DNA of 64,000 nt from NCBI GenBank assembly GCA_030141605.1, contig JAQGDQ010000073.1, forward strand, positions 310,001-374,000, written 5' to 3'. This stretch comes from Tubiluchus corallicola. Taxonomy: Eukaryota; Animalia; Priapulida. The notes below the pieces were generated by a model that did no database searches, had not been told where the DNA came from, and saw only the letters and a program-made list of their open reading frames with translations. The translations under genes and the position numbers were made by a program. Positions 11,354 through 23,240 of this stretch are shown here, in pieces (the first letter of the stretch is position 1; each line of letters begins with the position of its first letter).

Positions 11354-14300
11354 TCAAGACGTCTGTGGCATGCTTTGAGACAAAATCCTTTCAATTTCTT
11401 CTGCTTTCACATCCTCTAATGTAGAATCTGCTTCGACAAAGGCAACATCATGATTTGGCAACTGTGTGATAGCTTCGTTAACATCGCCTATGAGATCCAT
11501 TAGATCACAATCGGCCAAAATCTGCTCCAAAGATGCGTTGACAGTTTCGTTATTTTCTTCTGTAGAGGACGGGACGACTGAATAAGAAAATTATTGATAC
11601 AAAATTGATTATAACAGGTTATCTGTTATGCGAAAATGCTAAACAGTTTCTGCCATAATGACATTGGCAACCACTGCTGGTTAGGTTACGTATTGATTAT
11701 GGCTAGGTTTGCATAACTTGAGTAGTACTACTGCTACTAATAATAATAGTAAATTTATTGGAAGAAGTTTACAACAAACCACACAATTTAAATGCCCTAA
11801 CCCTAGCCTTGACCCTAACCCAATCCCAACCTTCACCCTAACCTAATAATAACCCTAATCCTAACCCAATCCTAACCTCCACCCCAACCCTAACCCGACT
11901 CTAGCCCTAATACCAACACTATAACCCTAATTGTATTTCTAATCCGCTTCGCGAACTAATTTCTTGTGTGTAGGAGTGGGGAATTGTAAACTTTAGCTAA
12001 TTTATTTTATTTCAACAATAGTTTAGATGTGAATGCACAATATGCATCTAAAGGGAGCAGAGGTGACGAACGACTATACAATCGCATTAGTCATTTGCTT
12101 CTAATTAAATACTAGTATGCATATAATTAAAAGCGAACATTTGTCGATTTGTCAAAATAAAAAAATAAAATTAAGAATTTAAATACTCATATGAGGGCAT
12201 GTAGGATATAAAAACACGTGTGCGTGCGTTTACTTGTGAAGCAGCGATGGCGACAATCAACCTGTTAACTAAGCGCACGCATACCGACTCTTACGAATAT
12301 GTTTTCATTAATTGGGCTGCATGTGCTTTACAAGCTAGTGCGACAAACAATTAACACCCCAAACTCAAAGAGCAGTTTACAAAAGCAAATAGTTGTCACT
12401 TGCAGATATACAGCTAAATTTATTAAATTGACTAATAGCCCCTAATCAAAATACAATGGTGAAAATTAAAATGAAAATCAAGAAATAACTCTTTATTTTC
12501 ACTTTTAATTTTGCAAAACTTGATGCCTATACATCAATATCATTTACACAGTTAGCATAAGTTTTTGCAAAATCAGAAGCACGCATGCAGGCATACAGAC
12601 AGGTATCACGCGAATACAAAAAATTACCTGTAATCCTTCCACCACTATATTTATATTCTTCTTCTACTGCTTGTGACTTCAGAAACAGTTCTGCTGATTT
12701 AAATAAAATCACAGCATAGTGTCAGTTGTTAGATACGTCACCTTTAGTAATAATACACTTTGGCCAAATCCAGTCTAAAATTGGGATGGAAAAGAATGGG
12801 GATTTGGACCTGGATTCAGTTTCATATCGGCTCGAAGTAGCAGTGTGCCTGTTACGTTCTAATAATTAAGCAAAACACGTATCAAAAACAATTACATGAA
12901 TTCGTGTTTTTAATTTTTGTGCAATGAATGCAAAAAGTCTCTGATTGAATACAAACCGTTTGTGATGTAAACACTTAAATTGGCCTTCTTATAGTGTGAT
13001 GATATAGTGCTCAGCCTGAGACTAGATCTATGAATTTTTCACTTGCAAAAAAATTCAAAATTCGTGAGCATTACGTGTGACTTTTTGAATTCTGGGCGGT
13101 TTGATCTAATACAAAAAAATAATAATAGTAAGTTTATTTATCACCATTACCTCCAAAAGGTTTAATTACAGTGCAGCATAAAATTTCAATACAAAAATTT
13201 TAAAAAGAATAAGCAAGGTAGACAAGCACTATTTCACTGTTACAAGATACATGAACGAAACAAATTAAAATTAAAGTCAAACTTAAGTTTGGAAATTAAA
13301 GAAGCCATGTGGATAAAACTGTTCTTGAATATCTCTGTTCTGTATCTAGTTAAGGGGTATTTCAAATGGCGGCGAGTATTATTTCTATGAGTATGGGCAT
13401 CTGGCAATAGAGCGTGAATTTTATTATTTGGATTTTGAATAGATAAGAACAATTTTTTACAAGGATTTTGTGACTGCTAAATAAAGGTTGAAGATTAGCC
13501 AAAATATATGCATATTTTTCATTTGGAAAAATTGTTTTCAATGAGCGCTTTTGAACTGTTTCTAACAAATCAGAGAGATTCTGGAAAAGAGATGAGTGCC
13601 ATGCCTGACAAGCGTATTTCAACAACTGGCCTAATTGCGGTGCTGTACATCTGTATCATATAATTAGAAGATGTCTCAGCTCTTTTCATTAGTCGCAAAA
13701 GATAAATTCTTTTACTCGCTTTAAAATAAATTGAATGTACGTAGATGTTCCACGTTAAAACTTTAGGTATTTGTACGCCTAAAAGTTTAACCGAATCAAC
13801 TCTTTCTACCTTCATATTAGAGACGGTAATAGAAGGCATATCAGGAGGCTTGAAAGTCACAATCATTTCATTAATTTAGACATGCTGAAATTTAGCTTTT
13901 AGGCGTTCGCCCATTGTAATACCTGATTAGCTGCGGTTTGAATTTTAGATAGTCTGTAGAGGTGCCAAATGTCGGATATAGTCGTGTCGTCAATATACTT
14001 GACATCATCACATATTGTGTGTAAGTCATTGATTATAGTGACGAACAGACTCGGGCCAGTCTTAGTACCTTGGGGAATCCCCCATTCGGTAACTCCCATT
14101 CGGAAGTAACTGACCAAATTTAGTTCTTTGACGACGTTGAAAGGGGAAGTAAGATAACCAACTTAGTAAAATTGATGCATTAAATAAGTCAGAGCACATG
14201 TAGTTCGGTGGATCCATATTAGGAAGAATTATATTGGTTGTTCTTAACATTTTTAACAGTTTTTTGTGTGCTGCGGTATCGATACAACTATAGATGCCCA

Positions 14301-15838
14301 CACTAAAGCTTCATTTTAGCTTGGTTAATATGCCGATCAGCAGTCAGCAAAAGCATTAGTGTAATGAGTGGTCAATTGTTTTCGTATTAATCCTGAGTTA
14401 ACCCCTAAACTGGCCCACCCGAGTATACCAGAGTGTTGCTGTTTGCTAAAGAGGCTAGTTGTTACTGGAAGGAATAGGTTAAATCCCTAAATTGGCTCGC
14501 CCGAGTATACCAGAGTGCTACTGCTTGCTAAAGAGGCTAGTTGTTACTGGAAGAAATGGGTTAAATCCCTAAATTGGCTCACCCGAGTATACCAGAGTGT
14601 TGCTGTTTGCTAAAGAGGCTAGTTGTTACTGGAAGGAATGGGTTATTCTTTTATTGTTTTGGCTAGTCTGATCTTCTTTTCTCCTTAGCTTTGCCTTGCT
14701 GGAAGTAATAATAATAATAATGCTGACAAATAGAAATACATGGAATGACTTATATTTATATGTACGTATCATCTGACTTTACACCCTGTTTACGCACTTT
14801 TCAACACCTTATGGCTTAATCTGTGTACTAGTTTTTTGGTTGAATGAATTTTAGGGAAATTTGAGGTATCTTTTGCATTGTTATTTCAATGAAGCAAAAT
14901 TGTCCAATATTTTTTTGGTGAATAGCACAAAACGTAAAGCTGTACATCACAACCGGAAAAAACTCTCAACCCTTTTCATATTATTCCAGTGAACCAGTAT
15001 GTTGTCTCACAGAGAACGGATTAAGCGACCAAGGCCTACTGACTGGACCAGGGGAGAAAATAATCCATTTAGTCTGAGCCATGAGTTTGAGGGGCCTACC
15101 TGATAGTGAAATGCGTTTTTTATAATTCACTGTTTTTGTTTCATTTTGATTTTTGAACTACTTCGTTATAGCATGTGCACTTGCATACAGTGCATACAGT
15201 GCGTAGCTGTGTTGACGTGGACTACCAGAGTAAGTGTTAGCAGATTGGTTAGTGAATGGATAGGTGACCGCTACCATCCAAATTTATTTAACATTAGAAA
15301 TGACCCAGAAAAGCCCTTCAAATAAGCGATGAACTTCAGTTTTCAGTAAACCAAGCCGTATATAAATACATTGTTACGTCAATGCAGATAAGTATAATTA
15401 CTTTCTCCACATGTTTTCTGTTGTTCCTCTTCAGTAGAAGACAGAATTGTGTGTTGTAAGGTCGTCGCAGATGTCACTTTGTCTCTCACTTGATCTCCAC
15501 TGAAGAGATGACTACTTAGCAATGGTGGAGACATTTGATTCCTCTAAAGCAAATAAGCAATTTAAGTAAGCTATAACTAAAGAAATATATAATGTATTTG
15601 TAATCCAGTTTAATGATAAAATATCTATAAGTTTATTTTGAACTGATCAATACTGTAGCTAAATCGAAATGGATTTATGTCTCTTCCATGACTGACAATA
15701 CATTTTAAATCCCACATAAAACTGCGGGAAACAGCATCGTCTTTACCACTACTTTAAGTCTTTGGCATTATTTGACATTATCATCGTGGTCTTCCTCATT
15801 ATTATCGTCATTATCATCGGCATCATCATCATCATCAA

Positions 15839-15883
<45 letters not shown>

Positions 15884-17421
15884 TATCATCACTGTTAGTT
15901 TCATTTTACCTCACAACAATGTGGTAATTGTGTAGAGATTTCTGATTTCTTTGATCCAGTTTGTGTGACATCTTGCAAACTGTCAATTGTCTGTTGGTCT
16001 TGATGTCTGACAGTTTTTCTGCCACGGCGTTTGTCTAAAACCAGAAAAAAGCTGCTGTTTTGAAAACATTGGAAACTTCGTAGATACGGAATTTCTTTTA
16101 TTTTTACTACTACAAGACTTACTGAAAACAGTAAATGGTTAAAGCTTTAAAGTAGACACTGCAATGGAACTAGTTTTTCATTTTTGCAACTTTGTATTAC
16201 AAATTTTTTTAGGGGGATGGAATATTTAGATTTCCTAACTTCATTTACTTATTCATGCACCTACTTATTTGTTTTAGTTTTTTTATTTCCCCAGCCACTT
16301 CCCAGTTTATTCGTTTATTCACCCACTTTTTCACCCAGAGAACAATATAGGCCTTCGGGGCCATCCACATGATTACAAAGATATCAAGTTTAGGGTAGGT
16401 AGGTGGCAGGAGACGCGATAACGCCATTATAACGCAAGGTAGGTAAGTAATTTTGTCTTGATATCGTTATTTGACTTCGTTAGCAAAAGAACCTGCTAGA
16501 ATTCTCAATGTTTATCATGCATCTCATAAACCCATGAAGGCACACTTAAAGTGTTGTTGTCAACATCAAATGTAGCAGATTGCGCCATCGGCGGCGGTGT
16601 AATTAAACGAACAACCGATTCGTCCAGTACGTCTGGCGGCGATGCAGAACAAGGAATGGCTGGTTGTAAGCGGCCCTGAAGAGGAGGAATAATTACAAAT
16701 ATGCCGATACAATCATCGTAAGAACTCACCATTGGATTTTCTTTTCGGCTCAAGGAACTTGTAAACTCTGAATGACTTTGATCTAGACTCCTTCATTTCT
16801 TGAATATCTCGCAGCGCGCGTAGTGCGCACCTCAATCTAGCTTTATTTTGAACTGGATCTGAGTCTGATTTACCTGCAAACCGTAAACAAGCCTGCAATC
16901 TATATTTATAAGAAAGGGACTGTTTAACAATAGATTGTAGGGTATTTTGCTGGCCTGATATCACAGGCACGAGGTGCTTTCACAGATCTAGAGCATCCAC
17001 AATGTATCGTGGATAATCTAGGTTCATGATGCTATCTTACCCATAAGTAGCAAGCAACGCCTTTTGCTGGATCTAATATTTTGCAAAGTATCGAACGAAA
17101 TAGATTTCATAAGATCTGCAAAGAAAATCGATGATAAACAAAATGGTTATAGAAGTAAAGTGACTGCGACCCACATTACCCTGCAACTCTGCCCGCTCAG
17201 CATTGTTACTGTTTGTACACATTTACTGACGTCATACCTGTGTGCTCGGCCCATAATTTGAAGAGACTGTGGTTATCTGAATTGAATGCTCTGTTGCTGG
17301 CATGCATCCACGGGATTTGAAATGTCTGCTCATCTTTATTTACCCACTGCAATCCTGGTATTTTTTCGCTTTCTATAAACTGGATTAACCAAGGCCTTAA
17401 AAGAAGCTTCGAGTTGACCAT
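11354..17421 (-). CDS. IRF: Interferon regulatory factor (IRF) family transcription factor: N-terminal Trp-repeat DBD, basic NLS, acidic C-terminus, no recognisable IAD
   Basis: Coding exons 17421-17238, 16873-16730, 16034-15910, 15543-15402, 12693-12628 and 11577-11354 have GT-AG boundaries and compatible phases, 885 nt / 294 aa. Protein: MVNSKLLLRPWLIQFIESEKIPGLQWVNKDEQTFQIPWMHAS...LFKLWAEHTGKSDSDPVQNKARLRCALRALRDIQEMKE...FRVYKFLEPKRKSNDKRRGRK...EIERILSQSMPQTS*. An acceptor AG just upstream of the ATG (exon starts 17425) implies an unlocated 5'-UTR exon. The DBD exons are secure; the downstream exons rest on splice signals and frame. Confidence 0.88.
11795..11930 (+). repeat. Degenerate interstitial (CCCTAA)n telomere-like repeat in the last IRF intron
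   Basis: About 20 variant hexamers (CCCTAA, CCCTAG, CCCAAT, TCCTAA). Confidence 0.75.
13117..14330 (-). mobile_element. 5'-truncated CR1/L2-group LINE RT pseudogene inside an IRF intron
   Basis: Frameshifted peptides WLSYFPFQRRQRTK, GIPQGTKTGPSLFVTIINDL..KYIDDTTI, VKLLGVQI..LTW, KASKRIYLLR, LETVQKRSLK. The 3' end has AATAAA followed by (TTA)n at about 13117-13140. Confidence 0.85.
14397..14645. repeat. Tandem repeat, 81-82-bp unit x3
   Basis: Unit GTTAAA(T/C)CCCTAAA(T/C)TGGC(T/C)CACCCGAGTATACCAGAGTGTTGCTGTTTGCTAAAGAGGCTAGTTGTTACTGGAAGGAATGG starts at 14397, 14478 and 14560. Confidence 0.95.
15821..15890. repeat. (CAT)n microsatellite
   Basis: Directly visible, in an IRF intron. Confidence 0.95.
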
Positions 17422-19967
17422 TGTCCTGTAAAGAACTCGATACATCATCGTTGTCATAATATTGGCAATTGTTCCTGTCTTCAAAGATGGCAACAGAATC
17501 GGTGCTGATCTGTTACAGTTAGCGTTCCCATTACTGTTATATATTTATAGTTTATTCAACATATTCTAAATCTAATTTAACAAAAACACGACATAGACAG
17601 TGACAATCCAGTGAGGAGCAGGACGCGTCATTACATGAAATATAATTTTAGTGCGATATTAATTACATCCATGAATATTTACAGAAGTTGAGAATTAATA
17701 AAAGATTACTATTTATGTAAAATTTATCAAGTTTATATTTGGCTTTATTTATAGTGAACTGTGCCACAAACGAATTGATATCTTGAATACAGTCAGTATA
17801 TTTAGTTTCGGGACACGATTAACATTTAAATAACGAAATCGACATAATTCTGTTTTCCCGCCTGGTCCTGCTCCACCTGCCAATCTCAATTCGTAGGTGG
17901 TGGTTTCCTACTCTAAATATTGAAAGGATTATCGTGCAATGTTCGGTAAGAATGGTGTTACTGCTGCTGTTGCTACTGATACTGTGTCAAATTAGTTATC
18001 ACGTTGTATTGTACATTGCAATGTTTACTCTCAGATTACCTTCTTGACTTATCCAACAACTGTTGCAATCACGTTTAATATATCATGTGGCGCAAAAATG
18101 TGCCGAAGATTTCGTTACCATATTATGAAGAAAATAGCGAAACCCGTTGAAAATTACCATAATGATGTTATTGACCTTTTGTATAAACGCCAAAAATTTG
18201 GTCATTCCATTCGATTTTTCCGTGATGCGGCGGAGGTTTTAAATTAACGAATCAGAAAGCAAATGCCGGAAAGAATTTTGTATGTCACTATAGTTAAAAT
18301 TTAAAGCACGTCCTCTATGTGTCCACTATTTTACTGCAAACTAGTCGAAAGCGTTTCTTTGAGTAACTCGCACAGTTTCTTTCTTCTTCAAAGGTTATTT
18401 GGTTCTTGTACTCTGTCCTAAGTCCCATTTTTCTTGCTAACAAATCTTTATCGGTTTTATTATTTGTGATGAAGAACGTGATGCAAATTGGTCGATTTCT
18501 TTATTGTTTTGCTTATTAATACGCCAACGCGTCTTTTCTCAATTATTGGTGCTAATAGCTGACATTGTTCCGGCATTTAAATTTTAATATGCAAAAGCTT
18601 TTTCGGCCATAGCTTAAAAACCTACTAAACCTATAAACTTGTAGTTTGTAACTAGCTACACCCAAAAGTTAATATATTGTAATATCATGCTTTGAAATTT
18701 CAACTTTGTTGAACAATTCCTTCTAATATTACTGCAGTCTAAACTTTGGCACATTTTTCTGCACCACCGTATACAATTGTGTAAATAAATCCAGCGCAGT
18801 GCAGACTCCAATGCAACATATTACAAAAGAACACAAGGCAAAACAACACAGCAAAAAAAGCGCTATCCAGCAGAAAAGGGTAAAACAGAAATTAATACAA
18901 AACAACACAGTGTAATATTAATAATGTCACATGGGGCTAACAGTACATATTAGCCCATTGCTGTAAAGCAGGCTAAAGATATTTCAGTGTTTGCCTGTTG
19001 TATCAGTTGCACAGATTCTTTCGATTCTACATACATTTTAGATGTTTCTTCACATCTGCCTCAGTCCTTAGCAGTAGGCGTTGTATGCGTACTTCCAAAA
19101 TGGTAGTGCTTATCACCTCAGTTTACATTATAAGTATTAGCTTCCACAATTGACTAAGCAGCGACATTCAAGCTTAGAAATTTCTTGGACATTAAACTTG
19201 GGTACTTAAATTAAGGCCAGGTAAGGTCAAACGTGATAATTTCTTAACAAACATCATAACACGTTTAAGCCTACAGTGTAATATGTTTATATAGAACGGG
19301 CTTTATAGGGAAACACAGACATATCAACTTAAATTTTCATATTTAAGTTCATAATAATTCTATTCTATTGGAATTTTTAAGTTTGTTTTAATTTTCTATT
19401 ATCTTCTAAGTTTCTATTGTAATTATTATAGTATAGCTGAGAGTTTAAATTTTTTTCGTATATTGTTACGTACTTCGATATATATTATACAATATATTGT
19501 ATACTACGTACACAATATATATTAATATGACATGAAATATATTATTAAAAAAATTAAGCTGTTACTGTACAAAATAACGATGCAGGCGTTAATAAAAACG
19601 TCCTACATCAATTCCGGAGCAATTATAAACAGATCATATATATTTAAAACTTTTTTGTAAGACTTAGTCAGTTTTTCTAGCAGCGTTTGGCTGTGAAAAT
19701 GGATGTAAACAAATTATTCGGTAAATAACAAAATTGGAGATGCATTTGTTGTCGGAAGTAGCATTAAGTGCAGACTCCGACATCTGGCGATTAACTGTGG
19801 TTAGACGCAAATTTCCCCTTCACGGTACTGATTTGCTATAGGGAACATAGCCTAGCTCTAACCTTTACAATAACAGTTTTGTGTAATGGTTTCAAAAGTC
19901 ATAATCACCCATGTAATCACACTATATCATATACAATTTGTACCTGTTAACAAACTTCGTATTTTGA

Positions 19968-20048
19968 AAAGTGGCGTTTACTTAGGCTGTTCCGTTAGTG
20001 GGAAAGAGCATCCGCATACGTATCCGGATGCTACATAAACGCCACTTT
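19968..20048. repeat. 81-bp nested inverted repeat (possible mini-MITE or hairpin)
   Basis: Perfect 13-bp outer IR AAAGTGGCGTTTA/TAAACGCCACTTT enclosing an 8-bp inner IR AGCATCCG/CGGATGCT. Confidence 0.7.
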
Positions 20049-20790
20049 AGTCGTTCTTCTAGCCTGGTAAAGCAGAACGTCTGGCCATGTTACTTTTATT
20101 TGATTTACATTACGTTTTTGAGTCAGAATAATTGTTAAATTTCATTGATACGTTCAGGTCTTCACTGAGTGCAGTAAAGAAACTCGTCAGTTTTACTATT
20201 TTTAAAATGTTAGCCTCCAATCAGTCAAAACGTAAATGCAGCATGTATAATTCGGTTAAAAGAAGCAATTTTTTCAAAGGAAACAGATATGTGACATTTA
20301 CGGGCCATTTATATTTGGATTTCAAATAAAAAAATCTAAAATATTTATGTAAATTAAATTCACGTTTATAGATAAATTAGGTGTATGCATATGATGTAAT
20401 AAATAAATTATAAAGCAGATAACTTGTTGCAAATGTTTTTAAAAAATCTTCATGAAATAAAATAAAGAATTGATAATTTTCGTGAAATACAATTATTTTG
20501 CAATAGCTATAATTGTTGCTGCTTACGGTAGAAAGTGTTTCCTAATTCAGTGATTTTACGATTTTTCAGTTAACCTACTACACACACAGAGTAATCTCAA
20601 TTTCAAGCAAAAGCTCCAAGTTTGCAATTTTTAATATCCTTATCGTTTTTTTCGATAGAGACAAGCCGACCGTAACTGACCAACACTAGACTTTTGATTT
20701 ACTTGATTATTTTTAGTTACATTTAGTTTTGCCTAGACTCTAAATAATATTGTAAGTTTCATTTTAACAGACTACAATACACAGCCAAGC

Positions 20791-20795
20791 ATATA

Positions 20796-20833
<38 letters not shown>

Positions 20834-20978
20834 TATATATACCTAGACTAAATATATATATATATATATTCCAAAAAGCTTTATACCTTTAAGTATATAA
20901 TAAAATTAATTTAACTGGATTTACATTATGCCTTAAATTTTATTTGTAGAATTGTATTGCATGTATTATATATATATA
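20791..20978. repeat. (TA)n microsatellite interrupted by copies of nearby sequence
   Basis: 20867-20969 duplicates 21729-21831 (103 bp, 1 mismatch). 20841-20852 duplicates 21597-21608 (12 bp). TA repeats flank both inserts. Confidence 0.92.
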
Positions 20979-21473
20979 ATGCAGTTTTTTACGTTTCAAT
21001 AACTAGTATTAAATAGAAAAAACTTTACACTTTATCAACATAAGCATAATTAAGTCATAATACAGAATTAATTACAGTCAAACTTACGAATTCGAACATT
21101 TTGTTAGAGTTGCTTGTATTTCCTTTAGGTTCGTTCTCTTTAGTTTAGTTTAGAAATTATTCAAATTTTACATACAAATAAATGTAAATTTGAACACTAG
21201 ATGTAATTAAAATTTGCAAGTTTTTTATTTTTTTGGATTTTTTTTACTTAGGCATAATTGAGACGTGAATTGAGCTTGGACAGAAAAATTGCTAATAAAA
21301 AGTTGTATCATAAAACAAAAAACATTAAACGTGCAAATCTGCCATTAAAATCGAGATTACTCATCAATTATTAATGATCGATATGCTGTAACATTTCAGC
21401 CCACTGCTGAAATTTAGTGTATTTTGTAAAGACAAATTTTTTTTCTGCTTCAAACATTAATTTGTTACGATAA

Positions 21474-21972
21474 TTTAAAATATTACTGCTTGCTTATAAA
21501 TGTGTGCATCGGCTGGCTCCCCGTTATCTTCATGAGTTAATTTTGTGATATATTCTAGAACGTAGTTTGTGCTCAACAAAAAAATTGTTGCGTCCAACCT
21601 AGACTAAAGCTAGTCGCTTATGGAGGACGGTCATTCTCATCCGCCTCACCTCTATTGTGGAATAAAACACCAATTCACATACGTCAGTCAAAGTCACTAT
21701 CTATTTTTAAAAGAAGCCTCAAATTTTTTATTCCAAAAAGCTTTATACCTTTAACTATATAATAAAATTAATTTAACTGGATTTACATTATGCCTTAAAT
21801 TTTATTTGTAGAATTGTATTGCATGTATTATTTGACTGTATTGCTACCTTTGTTGTAATGTATAATTTTAAGTCCATCTATGATGTATTTTTTACTTACT
21901 CTTTTACCCATTACTAACTGTGAAGCCCTAGAGCATTTTGATGGACTGAGGTTAATAAATTATTATTGATTA
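21474..21972 (+). mobile_element. L2-type LINE 3' end
   Basis: Decayed FKILLLAYKCVHRLAPRYLHELI...YGGRSFSSASPLLWNKTPIHIRQSKSLSIFKRSLK, the L2 ORF2 C-terminus, followed by a T-rich UTR ending AATAAATTATTATT. Confidence 0.8.
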
Positions 21973-22864
21973 TCCTCAAACTGTGGCGACTTTACCAACG
22001 TCACGTACGTAAGAAAAGACTGTTTAAGAAAATATCACTGCGCATAGTACTCACATGCACAGTCGAAACAATTTATGTAAGAAAATCATAAAAGCTTACT
22101 TTAAAAAATTTCGATTCCCGTAGTGGTCAAAAATTGCTATTTTGATTTCTATATCGCACAACAAGAAAACAGCAAAAAGTTTTCCTCATAGGTCTTACTT
22201 GTTTTTTAACTCTATATCAACTTATTGAAAGGTGGATCAAAGGTGTCCTGCCTACGCGCTAACACGTGGTATAACTGATATGCACAAACTACAAAATTTA
22301 CTCCCGCACAAAGGATTACCGTTCCATATTTATGCAAAAAATCTATTTTTAACTTTGTTTTTGTGAAAAAGCATCGTTTTAATTACTAACGTATAACAAC
22401 CTTAAGTAAGTTCATGTGTAGTGGAAAAAATTAAATTTTTGATTCATTTGACCCTCTAAAGTGAATAAGTAACCGCCAGAGATTACAAACAAACAATTTG
22501 CTCAAAAATTGGACTAAATTGAAAGTATTTTTTATAGTTTCGCGCGGTGCAGACTGGAGTCAACGACAAAATCTTCTATTGATTGGATGTGCCATAACCC
22601 GATCAGGTCAAAATGAAAGGCAGTCCTCTAAAATGAGTAAAGGTAAAGGCAGAGGTGTCTTAGCTAGAGATTACATACCTGCTTATGCTGGTGAGAACAG
22701 AAGGGGACATCTTGTACATATTGTTGAGGAAATGTATTCTGGATACGACCGGAAATGTGAAGGCATTGTTCGTGTTTTTTTCCTTACTCTTATTGCGGTT
22801 ATTTTGAGTACTGTCAGCGAAGCATATAATATTACTGTAATATTAATCATTAGACGTAAATAAT

Positions 22865-23240
22865 AGCAGCGAAAGCAACAGCCGCACAGCAGTAGCACCA
22901 AAGACAGCAACAGCCGCACAGCAGTAATACCAAAGACAGCAACAGCCACACAGCAGTAGCACCTAAGACAACAACATCCGCACAGCAATGGCATCAAGGA
23001 CAGCAACAGCTGCACAGCAATGACATCAAAGACAATAACAGCTGCACAGCAGCAGCATCAAAGACAACAACAGCTGCACAGCAGTAGCATCAAAGGCAAC
23101 AACAGCTGCACAGCAGTAGCATCAAAGACAGCAACAGCTGCACAGCAGCAGCATCAAAGACAGCAACAGTCGCATAGCAGTAGCATCAGAAGTAACAGCA
23201 ACAGCAGTAGCTTCAAAGACAACAACAACAGCACGGCAGC
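22865..23240. repeat. CAG/CAA-rich minisatellite, 30-bp unit, about 11 copies
   Basis: Consensus CAGCAGTAGCATCAAAGACAGCAACAGCTGCA-like; the phase repeats every 30 nt. Confidence 0.9.

Noticed and set aside
12233-12261. Possible small extra IRF exon
   Set aside because: 28 nt, frame-shifting, immediate stop in phase 1 and a weak acceptor.
14397-14645. CRISPR-like or ribozyme interpretation of the 82-bp repeats
   Set aside because: Units are contiguous with no unique spacers, there is no CTGATGA/GAAA core, and the context is eukaryotic.
21975-22465. Possible non-autonomous DNA transposon ending in CTAAAGTG (Transib-like)
   Set aside because: No matching left TIR or TSD found.
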